Positions 38,475 through 49,391 of a stretch of 64,000 nt of DNA are shown in pieces. The notes below the pieces were generated by a model. That model was not told where the DNA came from, made no database searches, and saw only the letters and a program-made list of their open reading frames with translations. How positions within the stretch are numbered: the stretch's first letter is position 1; every line of letters begins with the position of its first letter. This DNA is from an uncultured Clostridia bacterium (GTDB lineage Bacteria > Bacillota > Clostridia > TANB77 > CAG-508): contig CAUWIY010000008.1 in NCBI GenBank assembly GCA_963559065.1, positions 17,012 through 81,011 of the forward strand. The letters run 5' to 3'. The translations under genes were made by a program, and so were the position numbers.

Positions 38475-39938
38475 TTATATTTTTTGAGACATTTTTAACC
38501 TGACCCCTAAATTTTGTTCTAATGTATATGCCGCATTTAAGATTGTTTCTTCTTGGAATTTGTTTCCTATTAGCTGCATTCCTATTGGCATTCCTTCTTT
38601 GTTTACTCCAACAGGTATAGATATTCCTGGAAGTCCTGCTATATTAACTGATACTGTGCATATATCTGCTAAATACATTTCTAATGGATTGTTTGATTTT
38701 GCTCCAATATCAAATGCTACTGTTGGTGATGTTGGTGTTAAAATTACATCATATTTTTCAAATGCTTTGCTAAACTCATTCATTACTAATGTTCTGACTT
38801 GTTGAGCTTTTTTATAATATGCGTCATAATATCCTGAAGATAATACATATGTTCCTAAAATAATTCTTCTTTTTACTTCTTTTCCAAATCCTTCACTTCT
38901 TGATTTTTTATAGATTTCTTTTAAGTTTGTAAATTCTGGTGTTCTATATCCATAGCGAATTCCATCAAGTCTTCCTAAGTTTGAACTTGCTTCTGCACAT
39001 GCAATAATGTAATATGCAGCTAGAGAATATTGAGCTACATCTAAAGAAAATTCTTCAATTTCTGCTCCTAATTCTTTGTATTTTTCTATTGCCTTTTCTA
39101 AAGTTTGTTTTACTTCTTCATTTATTCCTTCTCCAAAGAATTCTTTTGGAACTCCTATTTTTAGTCCTTTTACATCATTTTTTAATGCTTTTGTGTAATC
39201 TTTTTTAGGCATATCTTCTGATGTTGTATCTTTTTCATCATGTCCAGCAATTAAATTTAAAAGAATTGCACTATCTTGTACATCTTTTGTTATTGGTCCT
39301 ATTTGATCTAGTGATGATGCAAATGCTACTAATCCATATCTTGAAACTAGTCCATATGTTGGTTTTAACCCTACTACTCCACAAAAGCTTGCTGGCTGTC
39401 TTATTGAACCTCCTGTATCTGAACCTAAAGCCCATGGTACAAGATTTGCTGCAACAGCAGCTGCTGAACCACCTGAAGACCCTCCTGGTACTTTATTTAA
39501 ATTCCATGGATTTCTTGTTTTCTTAAAATATGAATATTCTGTTGAACCTCCCATTGCAAACTCATCCATGTTCAATTTTCCTAAGTTAATCATATTTTCA
39601 GCATTTAACTTTTCTATAACTGTTGCATCATATGGTGATACAAAATTTTCTAACATTTTTGATGCACATGTTGTTTTTATACCTTTTGTACAAATATTAT
39701 CTTTTATTCCTATTGGAATTCCTGCAAAGTCTCCTTTTTCTTTTCCTTCATCTATATCTTTTTGTATTTCTTGTGCCTTTTCCAATGCTTCATCTGTTAA
39801 TAGTGTGATAAATGCTTGTACATCTTTTTCTTTTTCGTTTATTCTGTCTACATATGCTTTTGTTATTTCTGTTACTGTAATTTCTTTATTTTTTAATTTT
39901 TCTTGTAACTCATGTACAGTCAATTCTGTAATATCCAT
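38475..39938 (-). CDS. gatA: Asp/Glu-tRNA amidotransferase subunit A
   Basis: Amidase signature [11 protein letters not shown]...[12 protein letters not shown]; start MDITEL at 39938 (GGAGG RBS). Confidence 0.97.
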   Translation of the reverse strand: MDITELTVHELQEKLKNKEITVTEITKAYVDRINEKEKDVQAFITLLTDEALEKAQEIQKDIDEGKEKGDFAGIPIGIKDNICTKGIKTTCASKMLENFVSPYDATVIEKLNAENMINLGKLNMDEFAMGGSTEYSYFKKTRNPWNLNKVPGGSSGGSAAAVAANLVPWALGSDTGGSIRQPASFCGVVGLKPTYGLVSRYGLVAFASSLDQIGPITKDVQDSAILLNLIAGHDEKDTTSEDMPKKDYTKALKNDVKGLKIGVPKEFFGEGINEEVKQTLEKAIEKYKELGAEIEEFSLDVAQYSLAAYYIIACAEASSNLGRLDGIRYGYRTPEFTNLKEIYKKSRSEGFGKEVKRRIILGTYVLSSGYYDAYYKKAQQVRTLVMNEFSKAFEKYDVILTPTSPTVAFDIGAKSNNPLEMYLADICTVSVNIAGLPGISIPVGVNKEGMPIGMQLIGNKFQEETILNAAYTLEQNLGVRLKMSQKI

Positions 39939-40090
39939 TAGTTTACCTCCCTTATTTGTTTGCACTCTCTTTCCAAGAAAATACCTTTTCTATTTTATAA
40001 ATTTCTTTTACTTTTTGACTCCTCTAAATCCTTTTAAATCCATAATCCATTATTTTTACCAATTTTTTACTATTTATAAACAATTTACTT

Positions 40091-40378
40091 TTAATTTATC
40101 ACTTTTGGTAATTTAAACATATTTCTTTCTTTAGATGGTGCATTTTGTAATAAAGCTTCATTATCTTCAAATATCTTGATTTCGTCTTTTCTAAATACAT
40201 TTGCCTTTTTATTTGCACCTATTGTAACTGCCAAATCATCAGCATGAGCATTATTTACGATATCTGCAAAATTTAATATATCTTCTAAATTCATAATATA
40301 TTTTTCAATTTCATCTTCTTTTATCTCTAAATCAGCTAATTGTGCAATGTGTAAAACCTCATCTCTACTAACTTTCAT
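40091..40378 (-). CDS. gatC: Asp/Glu-tRNA amidotransferase subunit C
   Basis: V.HIAQLA.L, NVFRKD, NAP...F.LPKV; gatCAB gene order. Confidence 0.92.
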   Translation of the reverse strand: MKVSRDEVLHIAQLADLEIKEDEIEKYIMNLEDILNFADIVNNAHADDLAVTIGANKKANVFRKDEIKIFEDNEALLQNAPSKERNMFKLPKVIN

Positions 40379-40421
40379 TTAATCATCTCCTCCTTGCTAT
40401 TTTATAATTTTTAAACTTGTT

Positions 40422-40948
40422 TTGTCAATAGGGACGCCCCTTTTTGACAATCTCTATTTATAAAGATGTTTTTTGTGACTTTTTCGCTGTTATTTCATGA
40501 TGATTAAATATTATCCTCAATGTATGTACCTTAGAAAATAATAATTTAGTTTATGATTTATTTTTTTCAATGAAATTGTAACAATTAAAATATCAATTTT
40601 ACTAACTTAAAATAAATGTCCAAAAAACTACATTCCTATTGGTTTCTTTTAATAATTTAAAATACCTTGTTAAGAACCATCATTTCCATTGGCTACTGTT
40701 AGCAATTTAAAATAACTTGTCAAAATCCTACGTCCCCATTGACCACCATTGAACATAGGAGTATTTTTTCTTGATAATATGTTTTGCTAATTTGCTATAT
40801 TATATCTTAATTATTATACCTTCATTACTAAACATATACTCAATATCAATGAACAAAATAGCAAAATTTATTTGATAAAATACAATTTATATTAATTTAT
40901 TTTAATAAAATTTTAGAAGTTGTCAAAAAGGGGCGTCCCTATTGACCA
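40422..40948. repeat. Inverted pair of 29-bp REP-like hairpins (40422-40450, 40920-40948) enclosing three degenerate 50-bp tandem units
   Basis: TTGTCAATAGGGACGCCCCTTTTTGACAA and its reverse complement (28/29 match); decayed units at ~40609-40748. Confidence 0.8.
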
Positions 40949-41013
40949 TAAGCATAAAAAAAGAAAGCTAGAGATAGCTTTCTTTCTATGAATTCATATA
41001 TTTATATCTAAAA

Positions 41014-41292
41014 TTATTTTTTATTTACTAAATCTTTTAATGCTTTACCAGCTTTGAATACTGGAGCTTTTGAAGCAGGTATTTTGATTTCTTCTTTAGT
41101 TTGTGGGTTTCTTCCTTTTCTAGCTGCTCTTTTTCTAACTTCGAAAGAACCAAATCCAACTAATTGAACTTTATCTCCTTCTGTTAAAGCTTCTGTTACT
41201 GTTTCAACAAATGCGTTAACTAATTTTTCAGCAGTTTTCTTTGTTTCTCCTGTTTTTGCAGCTATTGCTGCGATTAATTCAGCTTTGTTCAT
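41014..41292 (-). CDS. hup: HU family DNA-binding protein
   Basis: MNKAELI...VQLVGFGSF...RKGRNPQT...PVFKAGK. Confidence 0.97.
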   Translation of the reverse strand: MNKAELIAAIAAKTGETKKTAEKLVNAFVETVTEALTEGDKVQLVGFGSFEVRKRAARKGRNPQTKEEIKIPASKAPVFKAGKALKDLVNKK

Positions 41293-41372
41293 TTAAATTA
41301 CCTCCTATAAAGTTTAAATCTATGTACTTTTATCGCCTGAACTAAGCAATAACTGTACGTTCTATTATGAGT

Positions 41373-41399
41373 ATTCGCCAACTTTCGATAAAATCCTTC
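41373..41399 (-). promoter_or_regulatory. SigH-like promoter of hup, followed by a hairpin 5' leader
   Basis: Minus strand GAAGGATT-N15-GAAT; leader stem TTATTGCTT/AGGCGATAA. Confidence 0.6.
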
Positions 41400-41406
41400 T
41401 TTTTTT

Positions 41407-43068
41407 CTAATAAATTTTGAATTTTTCTAAAATTTTAAGTATTTTATTACCTGATGGCAACATTTTTATTTCATCCTTTGTAAAAATCTTTAATATCGCA
41501 ATGCAAATTGCATATATTACAACTGCTAATGTAATTGCTATTATTGTAGCCAATCTTTCAGCAATTATTCCACTTAATACAGAATAACTAAAATATGATA
41601 AAATTGACATTATTGTTGTTGCAAGTATTGGCTTAACTACAAATTTTGAAAATGTTAAATTTAGCTTTACATATTTTCTTAATGCTGAAAATGCTATTGT
41701 AAATGCTACAACATGACACGCTACTGAACCAATTGCTGCTCCATATACTCCAATATTCTCATTTGGTATTAATGTAACATTTAAAATCAATTTAACAATA
41801 ACTCCTGTTCCTAAAGATATTGTTGGTATCATCAGTTTTCCATATCCTTGTAAAACACCATTTATTGTTTGGTCTAAAATTGTAAATATAGTTGCAAGTG
41901 AACTAATTTGTAAAATTAGTGCTCCTTCATTTGCGTTTGGAAACAATAAATTTAAAATTGGTTGTGCAAATATAACCATTCCTATTGTACAAGGTAGACC
42001 AATTAACATTGATAATAGCAAAGAAAATGAAGTTTTTTGTGTAATTGTTTTTCTATCCCTTTTAGCTTTAGCTGCTGATATTGCTGGTACCAGTGCAGTT
42101 GCAAACGCTACATTTATTGCTAGTGGTAATGTTGTTAATGTATCTACTTTTCCCCCTAAAATGCCATATAGTGCTGTTGCCTGATCTTCTGGCATAAAGT
42201 TTTTTAGATTTCTTACTACTGTGAATGAGTCTACATTTTTATTTATTGATGACATAATGGCAGTTAATGTAATTGGGATAGAAACAAATAATATTTTCTT
42301 TATAATTTTTGATACTCTTTCGTATTTATAATTTACAGTATTTTTTATTTCTCTGGAAATTTCTCTTCTTTCATTTTTATAATACATAAACAAGTAACTA
42401 AAACCTAAAAATGTTGCTAATGTAGTTGCTAAATTTGCACCTGCTGCCATCCATTCTGTTGATACATTTGATAAAATTGCTATAATTTCTACTATAATAA
42501 TTGTTAATAATGTTTTGAATACTTGTTCCAATGTTTGTGATTTAGCACCTGTACTTATTTTTTGTCTTCCATTAAAATATCCTCTTAAAACTGACGCAAT
42601 TGTTACAAAGAATATTGCTGGCGACAATGCAACTAATGTCATTTCTGCTTCTGGTATTTGTAGCCATTGTGTTGCAATTACATGTGCACCAAAAAATAGT
42701 AATAAACTTCCTACAAGACCTATCATCGCAAATGTTGCAAATGCAATTTTAAAAATTCTAAATGCTCCTTTATTATCTCCTACTGCCACTCTTTCTGAAA
42801 CTAGTTTTGATATAGCACTAGGAACTCCTATTGATGAAATTGTTAATAGTAAAGCATATATTTGATATGCACCTGCTGATATTCCATTTCCTGTGTCTCC
42901 ATATCCTTCTCTATTTGTTAAGTATAATGTATATACAAGCCCTAAAATTTTAATTAGTACTTGTGAAAACATAAGTGTTAATACACCTTGCATAAATCCT
43001 TCTTTTTTTGTTCTACGCTGTCTAGTATTTCTTTCAGTTGTATTATCTGTTCTTTGTTGTGGATTCAT
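41407..43068 (-). CDS. MOP-family flippase (SpoVB/YabM/MurJ-like polysaccharide biosynthesis protein)
   Basis: ~14 TM helices; KILGLVY, GVPSAISKLVSE, LRGYFNG, SQTLEQ motifs. Confidence 0.85.
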   Translation of the reverse strand: MNPQQRTDNTTERNTRQRRTKKEGFMQGVLTLMFSQVLIKILGLVYTLYLTNREGYGDTGNGISAGAYQIYALLLTISSIGVPSAISKLVSERVAVGDNKGAFRIFKIAFATFAMIGLVGSLLLFFGAHVIATQWLQIPEAEMTLVALSPAIFFVTIASVLRGYFNGRQKISTGAKSQTLEQVFKTLLTIIIVEIIAILSNVSTEWMAAGANLATTLATFLGFSYLFMYYKNERREISREIKNTVNYKYERVSKIIKKILFVSIPITLTAIMSSINKNVDSFTVVRNLKNFMPEDQATALYGILGGKVDTLTTLPLAINVAFATALVPAISAAKAKRDRKTITQKTSFSLLLSMLIGLPCTIGMVIFAQPILNLLFPNANEGALILQISSLATIFTILDQTINGVLQGYGKLMIPTISLGTGVIVKLILNVTLIPNENIGVYGAAIGSVACHVVAFTIAFSALRKYVKLNLTFSKFVVKPILATTIMSILSYFSYSVLSGIIAERLATIIAITLAVVIYAICIAILKIFTKDEIKMLPSGNKILKILEKFKIY

Positions 43069-43226
43069 TTTTCCTCCCTCTATATCTAGTTTTCTTTTAT
43101 ATTACTAATTGATATTTTTATAATTATTATTTTATTCTATTTGTTTATTCTTTTTCAAATATTATAATTTTTATTTTATATTTTATCAACACTTTTCTTT
43201 ACTTTTCACAAATTTTCCAAAAGTCA

Positions 43227-43335
43227 TTGACAAAACAGCTTTTTTGTAATAGAATATTTTAGTAATTATGTTAGAATATGTTTTAGATATAAACTTCTCC
43301 CCGGTGGTTTTTATTTAAATGTCATATTAAAATAA
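43227..43335 (+). promoter_or_regulatory. SigA promoter and putative L13 leader
   Basis: TTGACA-17-TAGAAT (43227-43255); leader hairpin with a CCCCGG loop upstream of rplM. Confidence 0.6.
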
Positions 43336-43367
43336 AAAATTATTGAAATAGGAGGGTAATTATTACC

Positions 43368-43805
43368 ATGAATAATACAACATATAGCCCAAAAAAGGCT
43401 GAAATAGAAAGAAAATGGTACATAATTGATGCAGCTAATAAACCTTTAGGTAGAGTTGCTACAGAAGCTGCTAAATTATTAAGAGGAAAACACAAACCAA
43501 CATTTACACCTAATATTGATACAGGTGATCACGTTATCGTTTTAAATGTAAAAGATGTTATTTTAACAGGAAATAAATTAGACAGCAAAATTTACAGACA
43601 CCATTCTGGATACATTGGTGGAATGAAAGAAACTCCAGCAAGAGTAATGTTAGAAAAAAATCCAGAAAAAGCTATGACATTAGCTATTAAAGGAATGTTA
43701 CCACACAATTCTTTAGGAAGAGCTCAATTAAAAAAATTAAGAGTTTATGCTGGTAGCGAACATGAAAATCAAGCACAAAAACCAGAAGTTTGGGAGGTAA
43801 AATAA
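43368..43805 (+). CDS. rplM: 50S ribosomal protein L13
   Basis: [21 protein letters not shown]. Confidence 0.98.
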   Translation: MNNTTYSPKKAEIERKWYIIDAANKPLGRVATEAAKLLRGKHKPTFTPNIDTGDHVIVLNVKDVILTGNKLDSKIYRHHSGYIGGMKETPARVMLEKNPEKAMTLAIKGMLPHNSLGRAQLKKLRVYAGSEHENQAQKPEVWEVK

Positions 43806-43806
43806 G

Positions 43807-44208
43807 ATGGCTAAATCAGAAAAAATAGTTTACTGTGGTACAGGAAGAAGAAAATCTTCAATTGCTAGAGTAAGATTAGTAGAAGGAACTGGAAAAATTA
43901 CTATTAATGGTAAAGATATAGATGAATTTTTCGGATTAGAAACTTTAAAAGTTATTGTAAGACAACCACTTACAGTTACAAATACAACAGATAAATTTGA
44001 TGTTATTTGTAAAGTTCAAGGTGGAGGATTTACAGGTCAAGCTGGAGCAATAAGACATGGTATTGCTAGAGCTTTAAATGAAGCAAATAGTGAATTTAGA
44101 CCAGCATTAAAAACAAATGGATTCTTAACAAGAGATCCTCGTATGAAAGAAAGAAAAAAATACGGTCTTAAAAAAGCTAGAAAAGCTCCACAATTTAGTA
44201 AGAGATAA
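43807..44208 (+). CDS. rpsI: 30S ribosomal protein S9
   Basis: [25 protein letters not shown]. Confidence 0.98.
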   Translation: MAKSEKIVYCGTGRRKSSIARVRLVEGTGKITINGKDIDEFFGLETLKVIVRQPLTVTNTTDKFDVICKVQGGGFTGQAGAIRHGIARALNEANSEFRPALKTNGFLTRDPRMKERKKYGLKKARKAPQFSKR

Positions 44209-44338
44209 TATGCTTTTATGCAAAATATATAAAAATCTCAGAAGTTTCAACACTTCCGAGGTTTTTATTTCTATTTGATTTGCTGTTTGGTAATTTTTAT
44301 TAAATTGAAATGATAACCACATTATTAATATTCAAAAT

Positions 44339-44404
44339 ACTAAAATGTAAAATAACCTCCTTGAAAGTTTATACTTTCAAAAAGGTTATTTTACATTTTT
44401 TAGT
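44339..44404. terminator. Long intergenic hairpin / bidirectional terminator
   Basis: AAAATGTAAAATAACCT..TTGAAAGT-TTAT-ACTTTCAA..AGGTTATTTTACATTTT. Confidence 0.6.
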
Positions 44405-44444
44405 TATATTAATTTTAAATACAACCATTTTTATAAAATTTAGA

Positions 44445-44623
44445 TTAATTCTTTTCCGCTAAAAATTCTTCTAAATCTTTAGCAAAAATTGTTTTTTCTG
44501 TCCTTACTTCTGAGCAAACATTCCCTTCTACTTCTGCTATAATAGAAAGTGACACTTTTTCAGTACTAATATACATACAATGTAACAAAACAAATCTAGC
44601 TCTTTAAAATAAGCCATTGCAAT
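44445..44623 (-). pseudogene. Possible 3' gene remnant abutting the metA stop
   Basis: Two-frame reading IAMAYFKELDLFCYI / MYISTEKVSLSIIAEVEGNVCSEVRTEKTIFAKDLEEFLAEKN*; no RBS. Confidence 0.35.
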
Positions 44624-45487
44624 TTATTTAACTAGATAATAATTAATCCAATTAGAATAAAATATATTTCCATTTTCGCTCCAAGAATCAATTGGTTGTC
44701 CATTTTTATAATAATTTTTAGGCTCTTGTATATCAAGTCCCTTTAATTTATCTCTTTTATATTCATTATCCAAAGTATTCACATCATATTCTAAATGTCC
44801 CATAACAAATATTTGCTTTTTTTCTTTGTCTTCCACTAAAAATACTCCAGCTTCATCTGAAAATGATGTAATAATTAGATTTTTGTTTTTTTGAATTTCT
44901 TTTGAATCAACAGTAGTATGTCTTGAATGTGGAGCCATAAAATTTTGTTCCAACCCTTTTACTAACAAACTTTGTGTATCATTAATTGTATGTTCAAATA
45001 CTCCAAATGTTTTTTCTTGTAATAGGATTTTTTCAATACCATAATGATAATATAATCCCGCTTGTGCCCCCCAACAAATATGTAATGTTGATTTTACATT
45101 TTGTTTTGACCATTCCATAATTTGTTCTAGTTCATTCCAATAGTCTACTTCTTCAAACTTTAATAATTCAATAGGTGCTCCTGTTATAATAAGTCCATCC
45201 CATTTTTTATTTTTTATTTTGTTAAAATCCTCATAAAAATTATCTAAATGTTCTTGACTTACATTTTTGTATTTGTGATTATATGTCTTCACAAATGTAA
45301 TTTGTACATTATTATCTGTACAAGATAATTTTCTTAATATTTGCAATTCTGTATCTTCCTTCATTGGCATTAAATTTAAAATTAAAATTTGAATTGCATT
45401 TTCTTTTTCCTTTGTTTCTTTTACTTTAACTCCTTCTTTTTTTAAAATTTTGTTTGCAGGTAATTCTGCTTTAGTAATAACTGGCAT
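44624..45487 (-). CDS. metA: MetA-family homoserine O-acyltransferase, predicted acetyl-CoA type
   Basis: LNLMP, TGAPIE (Glu at the specificity position), ICWGAQA, GHLEYD; start MPV at 45487. Confidence 0.92.
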   Translation of the reverse strand: MPVITKAELPANKILKKEGVKVKETKEKENAIQILILNLMPMKEDTELQILRKLSCTDNNVQITFVKTYNHKYKNVSQEHLDNFYEDFNKIKNKKWDGLIITGAPIELLKFEEVDYWNELEQIMEWSKQNVKSTLHICWGAQAGLYYHYGIEKILLQEKTFGVFEHTINDTQSLLVKGLEQNFMAPHSRHTTVDSKEIQKNKNLIITSFSDEAGVFLVEDKEKKQIFVMGHLEYDVNTLDNEYKRDKLKGLDIQEPKNYYKNGQPIDSWSENGNIFYSNWINYYLVK

Positions 45488-45675
45488 TTTTCTCACCGTT
45501 CCATTATTATTATATAAGGCATTCATAATTATAAATACCTCGTATTATAATAACATTTATGCAAATAAAACACAATACTAAATATTCAATTTTCTTTATA
45601 TTTGATTTTTCCTATAACAGAAAAAAACACATATCTTACCCGAAAAAATTTCTGTAAGATATGTGTTTATAAGGA

Positions 45676-45993
45676 TTATTGACATTTTGCCGTTTCAAAG
45701 TATAGCTTTGCTTCGTTTGTCTCCCAATTGCTTATAATGCAAAACTCAACTTCCTCAAATCGTATGTTATCACATCTTTCGGTTGATAAAGCTTTACATT
45801 TTACTGTTTCCAGTGGTTTGTTGTCCTCCTGCTTGTATATAATCAATTTGGGAGCTATAACTTGACTGCTATCTTTCATAAAGTTGTCAGTTATCCGTCG
45901 TGCTAATTTTATTTTTCCCAAATATGATAATGGAATTTCATATTTAGGAATTTCTCTTAACACTTGTTGTAATACTTGTTCAAATTCTGTCAT
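45676..45993 (-). CDS. Orphan hypothetical protein (105 aa), self-contained transcription unit
   Basis: GAGGAGG RBS; TTGACA-17-TAAAAT promoter (46046-46074); terminator at 45624-45668; contains CGA-CGG codons. Confidence 0.75.
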   Translation of the reverse strand: MTEFEQVLQQVLREIPKYEIPLSYLGKIKLARRITDNFMKDSSQVIAPKLIIYKQEDNKPLETVKCKALSTERCDNIRFEEVEFCIISNWETNEAKLYFETAKCQ

Positions 45994-46228
45994 TTCTCCT
46001 CCTCGCCTTTATTAGGCATTGCTTAATTTTACATTTGCTATATATATTTTACTACATTTATTCTTAAATGTCAAATTATGGAAATCATATATTTTCTTTT
46101 CTTATTCTTATAGCTTAATTTTTATTTATATTATACATATGACATACGCTTTATACTTGACTAATTTAAACTTTTGAGTTATTATATATCATATTAATTT
46201 ATATTTAGAAATGAGGAATTTAAAAGTT

Positions 46229-48604
46229 ATGATATGTTCAGAATGTAATAAAAATCCAGCTATACTTTTTTATGATAAAATTGAAAATGGAAAAAGTACA
46301 ATGCAAGGTTTATGCTATGATTGTGCTAAAAAGAAAGGTATTGATGCAACTGAAGTATTAGCAAAACAACAAGACATTTTAGCTAGAGATAAAATAAATT
46401 TAGGCGATATGAATAAACAATTTGAATCTATTTTTAAAGATTTAGCACAAAACTTAGATTTAAATAATTTAGAAGATATTGAAGGTGCAATCACAATTAA
46501 AGATATTGGAGAAGATGGAGAAGAAAACATAGATGATTTTGGTGAAGAAAAACCAAAATTTGCAGCAGCCGCTATTCCATTAGGTTCTATTTTTTCTAAT
46601 ATGTTTCATACAAAAGGTGAAGATTCAGAAAAAGATGTTTCTAATACATCAAAATCTAATAAAAATGATAAGAAAAAAGTAGAAAAAAAGAATAAAAAGA
46701 AAAAATATTTAGACACTTATGGTACTAATCTTACTGACAAAGCAAAAAATGGTCAATTAGATTTAGTAATAGGAAGAGATAAAGAAATACAAAGAATTAT
46801 ACAAATTTTAAATAGACGTTCAAAAAATAATCCTTGCTTGATTGGCGAGCCTGGTGTAGGAAAAACAGCAATAGCTCAAGGATTAGCGATTAAAATTGCC
46901 AATCAAAATGTTCCAGCTAAATTATTAGGTAAAGAAGTTTATCTTTTAGATATGACATCTGTTATTGCCGGAACTCAGTTTAGAGGACAGTTTGAGTCAA
47001 GAATGAAAGGCATTATAGATGATTGTAAACAATATGGTAATATAATATTAGTAATTGATGAAATTCATAATATTATAGGTGCTGGTGATGGAGAACATTC
47101 TATGAATGCTGCAAATATACTAAAGCCATCTCTTTCTAATGGAGATATTCAATTAATTGGTACTACTACATTAAAAGAATATAGAAAATATATAGAAAAA
47201 GATTCTGCTTTAGAGAGAAGATTTCAACAAGTATTAGTAGAAGAACCAAATATTGATGATTCAATTGGTATTCTTGAAGGTGTAAAAAAATATTATGAAG
47301 AATATCACAAAGTTAAAATTTCAACAGATGTAATTAAACAAGCTGTAATTATGTCAGAAAAATATATACATGATAGATTTTTACCAGATAAAGCAATTGA
47401 TATTTTAGATGAGGCTTGTTCAAGAATTAATTTAGAAAATAAAGATTTATATAAACTAGAAATGTTAAAACGAGATTTAGCAGATGTTCAAGCACAAAAA
47501 GAGGAAGTTTCACAAGCAGATACAACAGAAGATTATCAAAAAGTTGCCGATTTAAAAACAAAGGAATGTCAACTAATAGAAGAAATTGATAGTATAAATA
47601 AAAAAATGAAATTAAAAAATTTAACTGTTCAAGATATTGCAACTGTAATTGAGAGTTGGACAAAAATTCCTGTTAAAAAAATTACTGAGGCAGAGACTCA
47701 AAAATTATTAAATTTAGAAACAAATCTTCATAAAAGAATTGTAGGGCAAGAACAGGCTGTAAGCAGTGTTGCAAGAGCTATTAGAAGAAATAGAGCTGGA
47801 CTTCAAAATGAAAAAAGACCACCTTCTTTTATATTTGTTGGCCCAACTGGAGTTGGAAAAACAGAACTTGCAAAATCTTTAGCTTATGAAATGTTTGGTT
47901 CTGAAGATTCTATTATTAGAGTTGATATGTCAGAATATATGGAAAGTCATTCAACAGCAAAATTAATTGGTGCACCTCCAGGATATGTAGGTTATGATGA
48001 TGCAGGACAATTGACAGAAAAGGTAAAAAGAAAACCTTATTCAATAATTCTTTTAGATGAAATAGAAAAAGCTCATCCTGATGTATTTAATATTTTATTA
48101 CAAGTATTAGATGATGGAAAACTTACAGATTCACAAGGAAATACTATTAGCTTTGCTAATACAATAATTATTATGACATCAAATGCTGGTTCTAATTTAA
48201 ATAATAACTCTATTGGTTTTGGAAAACAAACAATTGATAAAAGTAAAATTGAAGATAGTTTAAAAGATGTTTTTAGACCAGAATTTTTAAATAGAATTGA
48301 TGAAATTATAGTATTTGACCCATTACAAAAAGAGCAATTACTTCAAATTGTAGATTTAATGTTAAAAGATACTATTAATGCTTTAAAACAAAAAGATATT
48401 TCTTTTGAAATTTCTGATGTTGCAAAACAATATATTTTAGATAAAGGTACTAATATAAAATTCGGTGCTAGACCTTTAAGAAGAGCTATTCAAAGATATA
48501 TTGATGATGAAATATCTGAAAAAATATTAAGAAGTGAATTAATTAATGGTCAGACTATTTCTATTAATTGTAAAGATGATGAATTAACTTTTGAAATAAA
48601 ATAA
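46229..48604 (+). CDS. ATP-dependent Clp protease ATPase with N-terminal zinc finger (ClpE-like)
   Basis: CSEC...CYDC zinc finger; two AAA+ domains ([16 protein letters not shown]); UVR-like middle region; IGF loop. Confidence 0.9.
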   Translation: MICSECNKNPAILFYDKIENGKSTMQGLCYDCAKKKGIDATEVLAKQQDILARDKINLGDMNKQFESIFKDLAQNLDLNNLEDIEGAITIKDIGEDGEENIDDFGEEKPKFAAAAIPLGSIFSNMFHTKGEDSEKDVSNTSKSNKNDKKKVEKKNKKKKYLDTYGTNLTDKAKNGQLDLVIGRDKEIQRIIQILNRRSKNNPCLIGEPGVGKTAIAQGLAIKIANQNVPAKLLGKEVYLLDMTSVIAGTQFRGQFESRMKGIIDDCKQYGNIILVIDEIHNIIGAGDGEHSMNAANILKPSLSNGDIQLIGTTTLKEYRKYIEKDSALERRFQQVLVEEPNIDDSIGILEGVKKYYEEYHKVKISTDVIKQAVIMSEKYIHDRFLPDKAIDILDEACSRINLENKDLYKLEMLKRDLADVQAQKEEVSQADTTEDYQKVADLKTKECQLIEEIDSINKKMKLKNLTVQDIATVIESWTKIPVKKITEAETQKLLNLETNLHKRIVGQEQAVSSVARAIRRNRAGLQNEKRPPSFIFVGPTGVGKTELAKSLAYEMFGSEDSIIRVDMSEYMESHSTAKLIGAPPGYVGYDDAGQLTEKVKRKPYSIILLDEIEKAHPDVFNILLQVLDDGKLTDSQGNTISFANTIIIMTSNAGSNLNNNSIGFGKQTIDKSKIEDSLKDVFRPEFLNRIDEIIVFDPLQKEQLLQIVDLMLKDTINALKQKDISFEISDVAKQYILDKGTNIKFGARPLRRAIQRYIDDEISEKILRSELINGQTISINCKDDELTFEIK

Positions 48605-48719
48605 AATTTATTTATAAAAAAACTACTAACAATTTTAATAATTTATATTATAATGTATATTGATGTGCTATGTTTAGAATTAAAATACTCTTTCTAAACA
48701 TAGCATAGAAGGAGTAAAT

Positions 48720-49328
48720 ATGTTTAAACATGTACCAAATATCTTAACAATAATAAGATTTCTATTTATACCAATTATTTTATATTATATTTTTACAGGT
48801 AATTATCTTTTGGGATTTATATTTTTTACAGTCTCTGGGATTACCGATATTTTAGATGGTTGTATTGCTAGAAAGTTCAATCTAATATCTAATTTTGGAA
48901 AATTAATGGATCCTTTAGCAGATAAGCTGACACAAATTTCTGTATTAGCTGCACTTGTTATTGTAAATATTATTCCTGTATGGATTTTAATTATTGTTGT
49001 ATTAAAAGAATTAATTATGGTTATAGGTGCTTCTTTTTTATATGGAAAAGATGTTGTTGTTTATAGTAAATGGTATGGCAAACTTGCTACTGTTTTATTC
49101 TATTTAGCAATTGTTGTTTCACTAATAACTCGCCAATTCGAACTAACTGGATTATGGGTTGAGCTTGATATGATTTTATATTGTGTTGCAATTTTTATTA
49201 CATTATTTGCTCTTATTATGTATATAAAATGCTTATATCAAGATGGTTTTATTGATAAAAGTGATTTAAAAAAAGAAAAACAAAAAGTTATTGTGCAAAA
49301 TAAAAAAGGTTGTAAGAAAGTCAAATAA
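48720..49328 (+). CDS. pgsA: CDP-diacylglycerol--glycerol-3-phosphate 3-phosphatidyltransferase
   Basis: PNILTIIR and DILDGCIAR...GKLMDPLADK CDP-alcohol motif. Confidence 0.9.
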   Translation: MFKHVPNILTIIRFLFIPIILYYIFTGNYLLGFIFFTVSGITDILDGCIARKFNLISNFGKLMDPLADKLTQISVLAALVIVNIIPVWILIIVVLKELIMVIGASFLYGKDVVVYSKWYGKLATVLFYLAIVVSLITRQFELTGLWVELDMILYCVAIFITLFALIMYIKCLYQDGFIDKSDLKKEKQKVIVQNKKGCKKVK

Positions 49329-49391
49329 AAAAATTTTTATAAATATTTTTTAGACATGAAAAAAAGGGACTTTTTTGTAGCCCCTTTTTTG

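Noticed and set aside
45488..45620. SAM riboswitch or T-box upstream of metA
   Set aside because: The leader is short and AT-rich, with none of the conserved motifs.
46150..46200. CtsR or CIRCE operator before the Clp ATPase
   Set aside because: Only one TTGACT half-site, better explained as the -35 of a TTGACT-17-TATTAT promoter.
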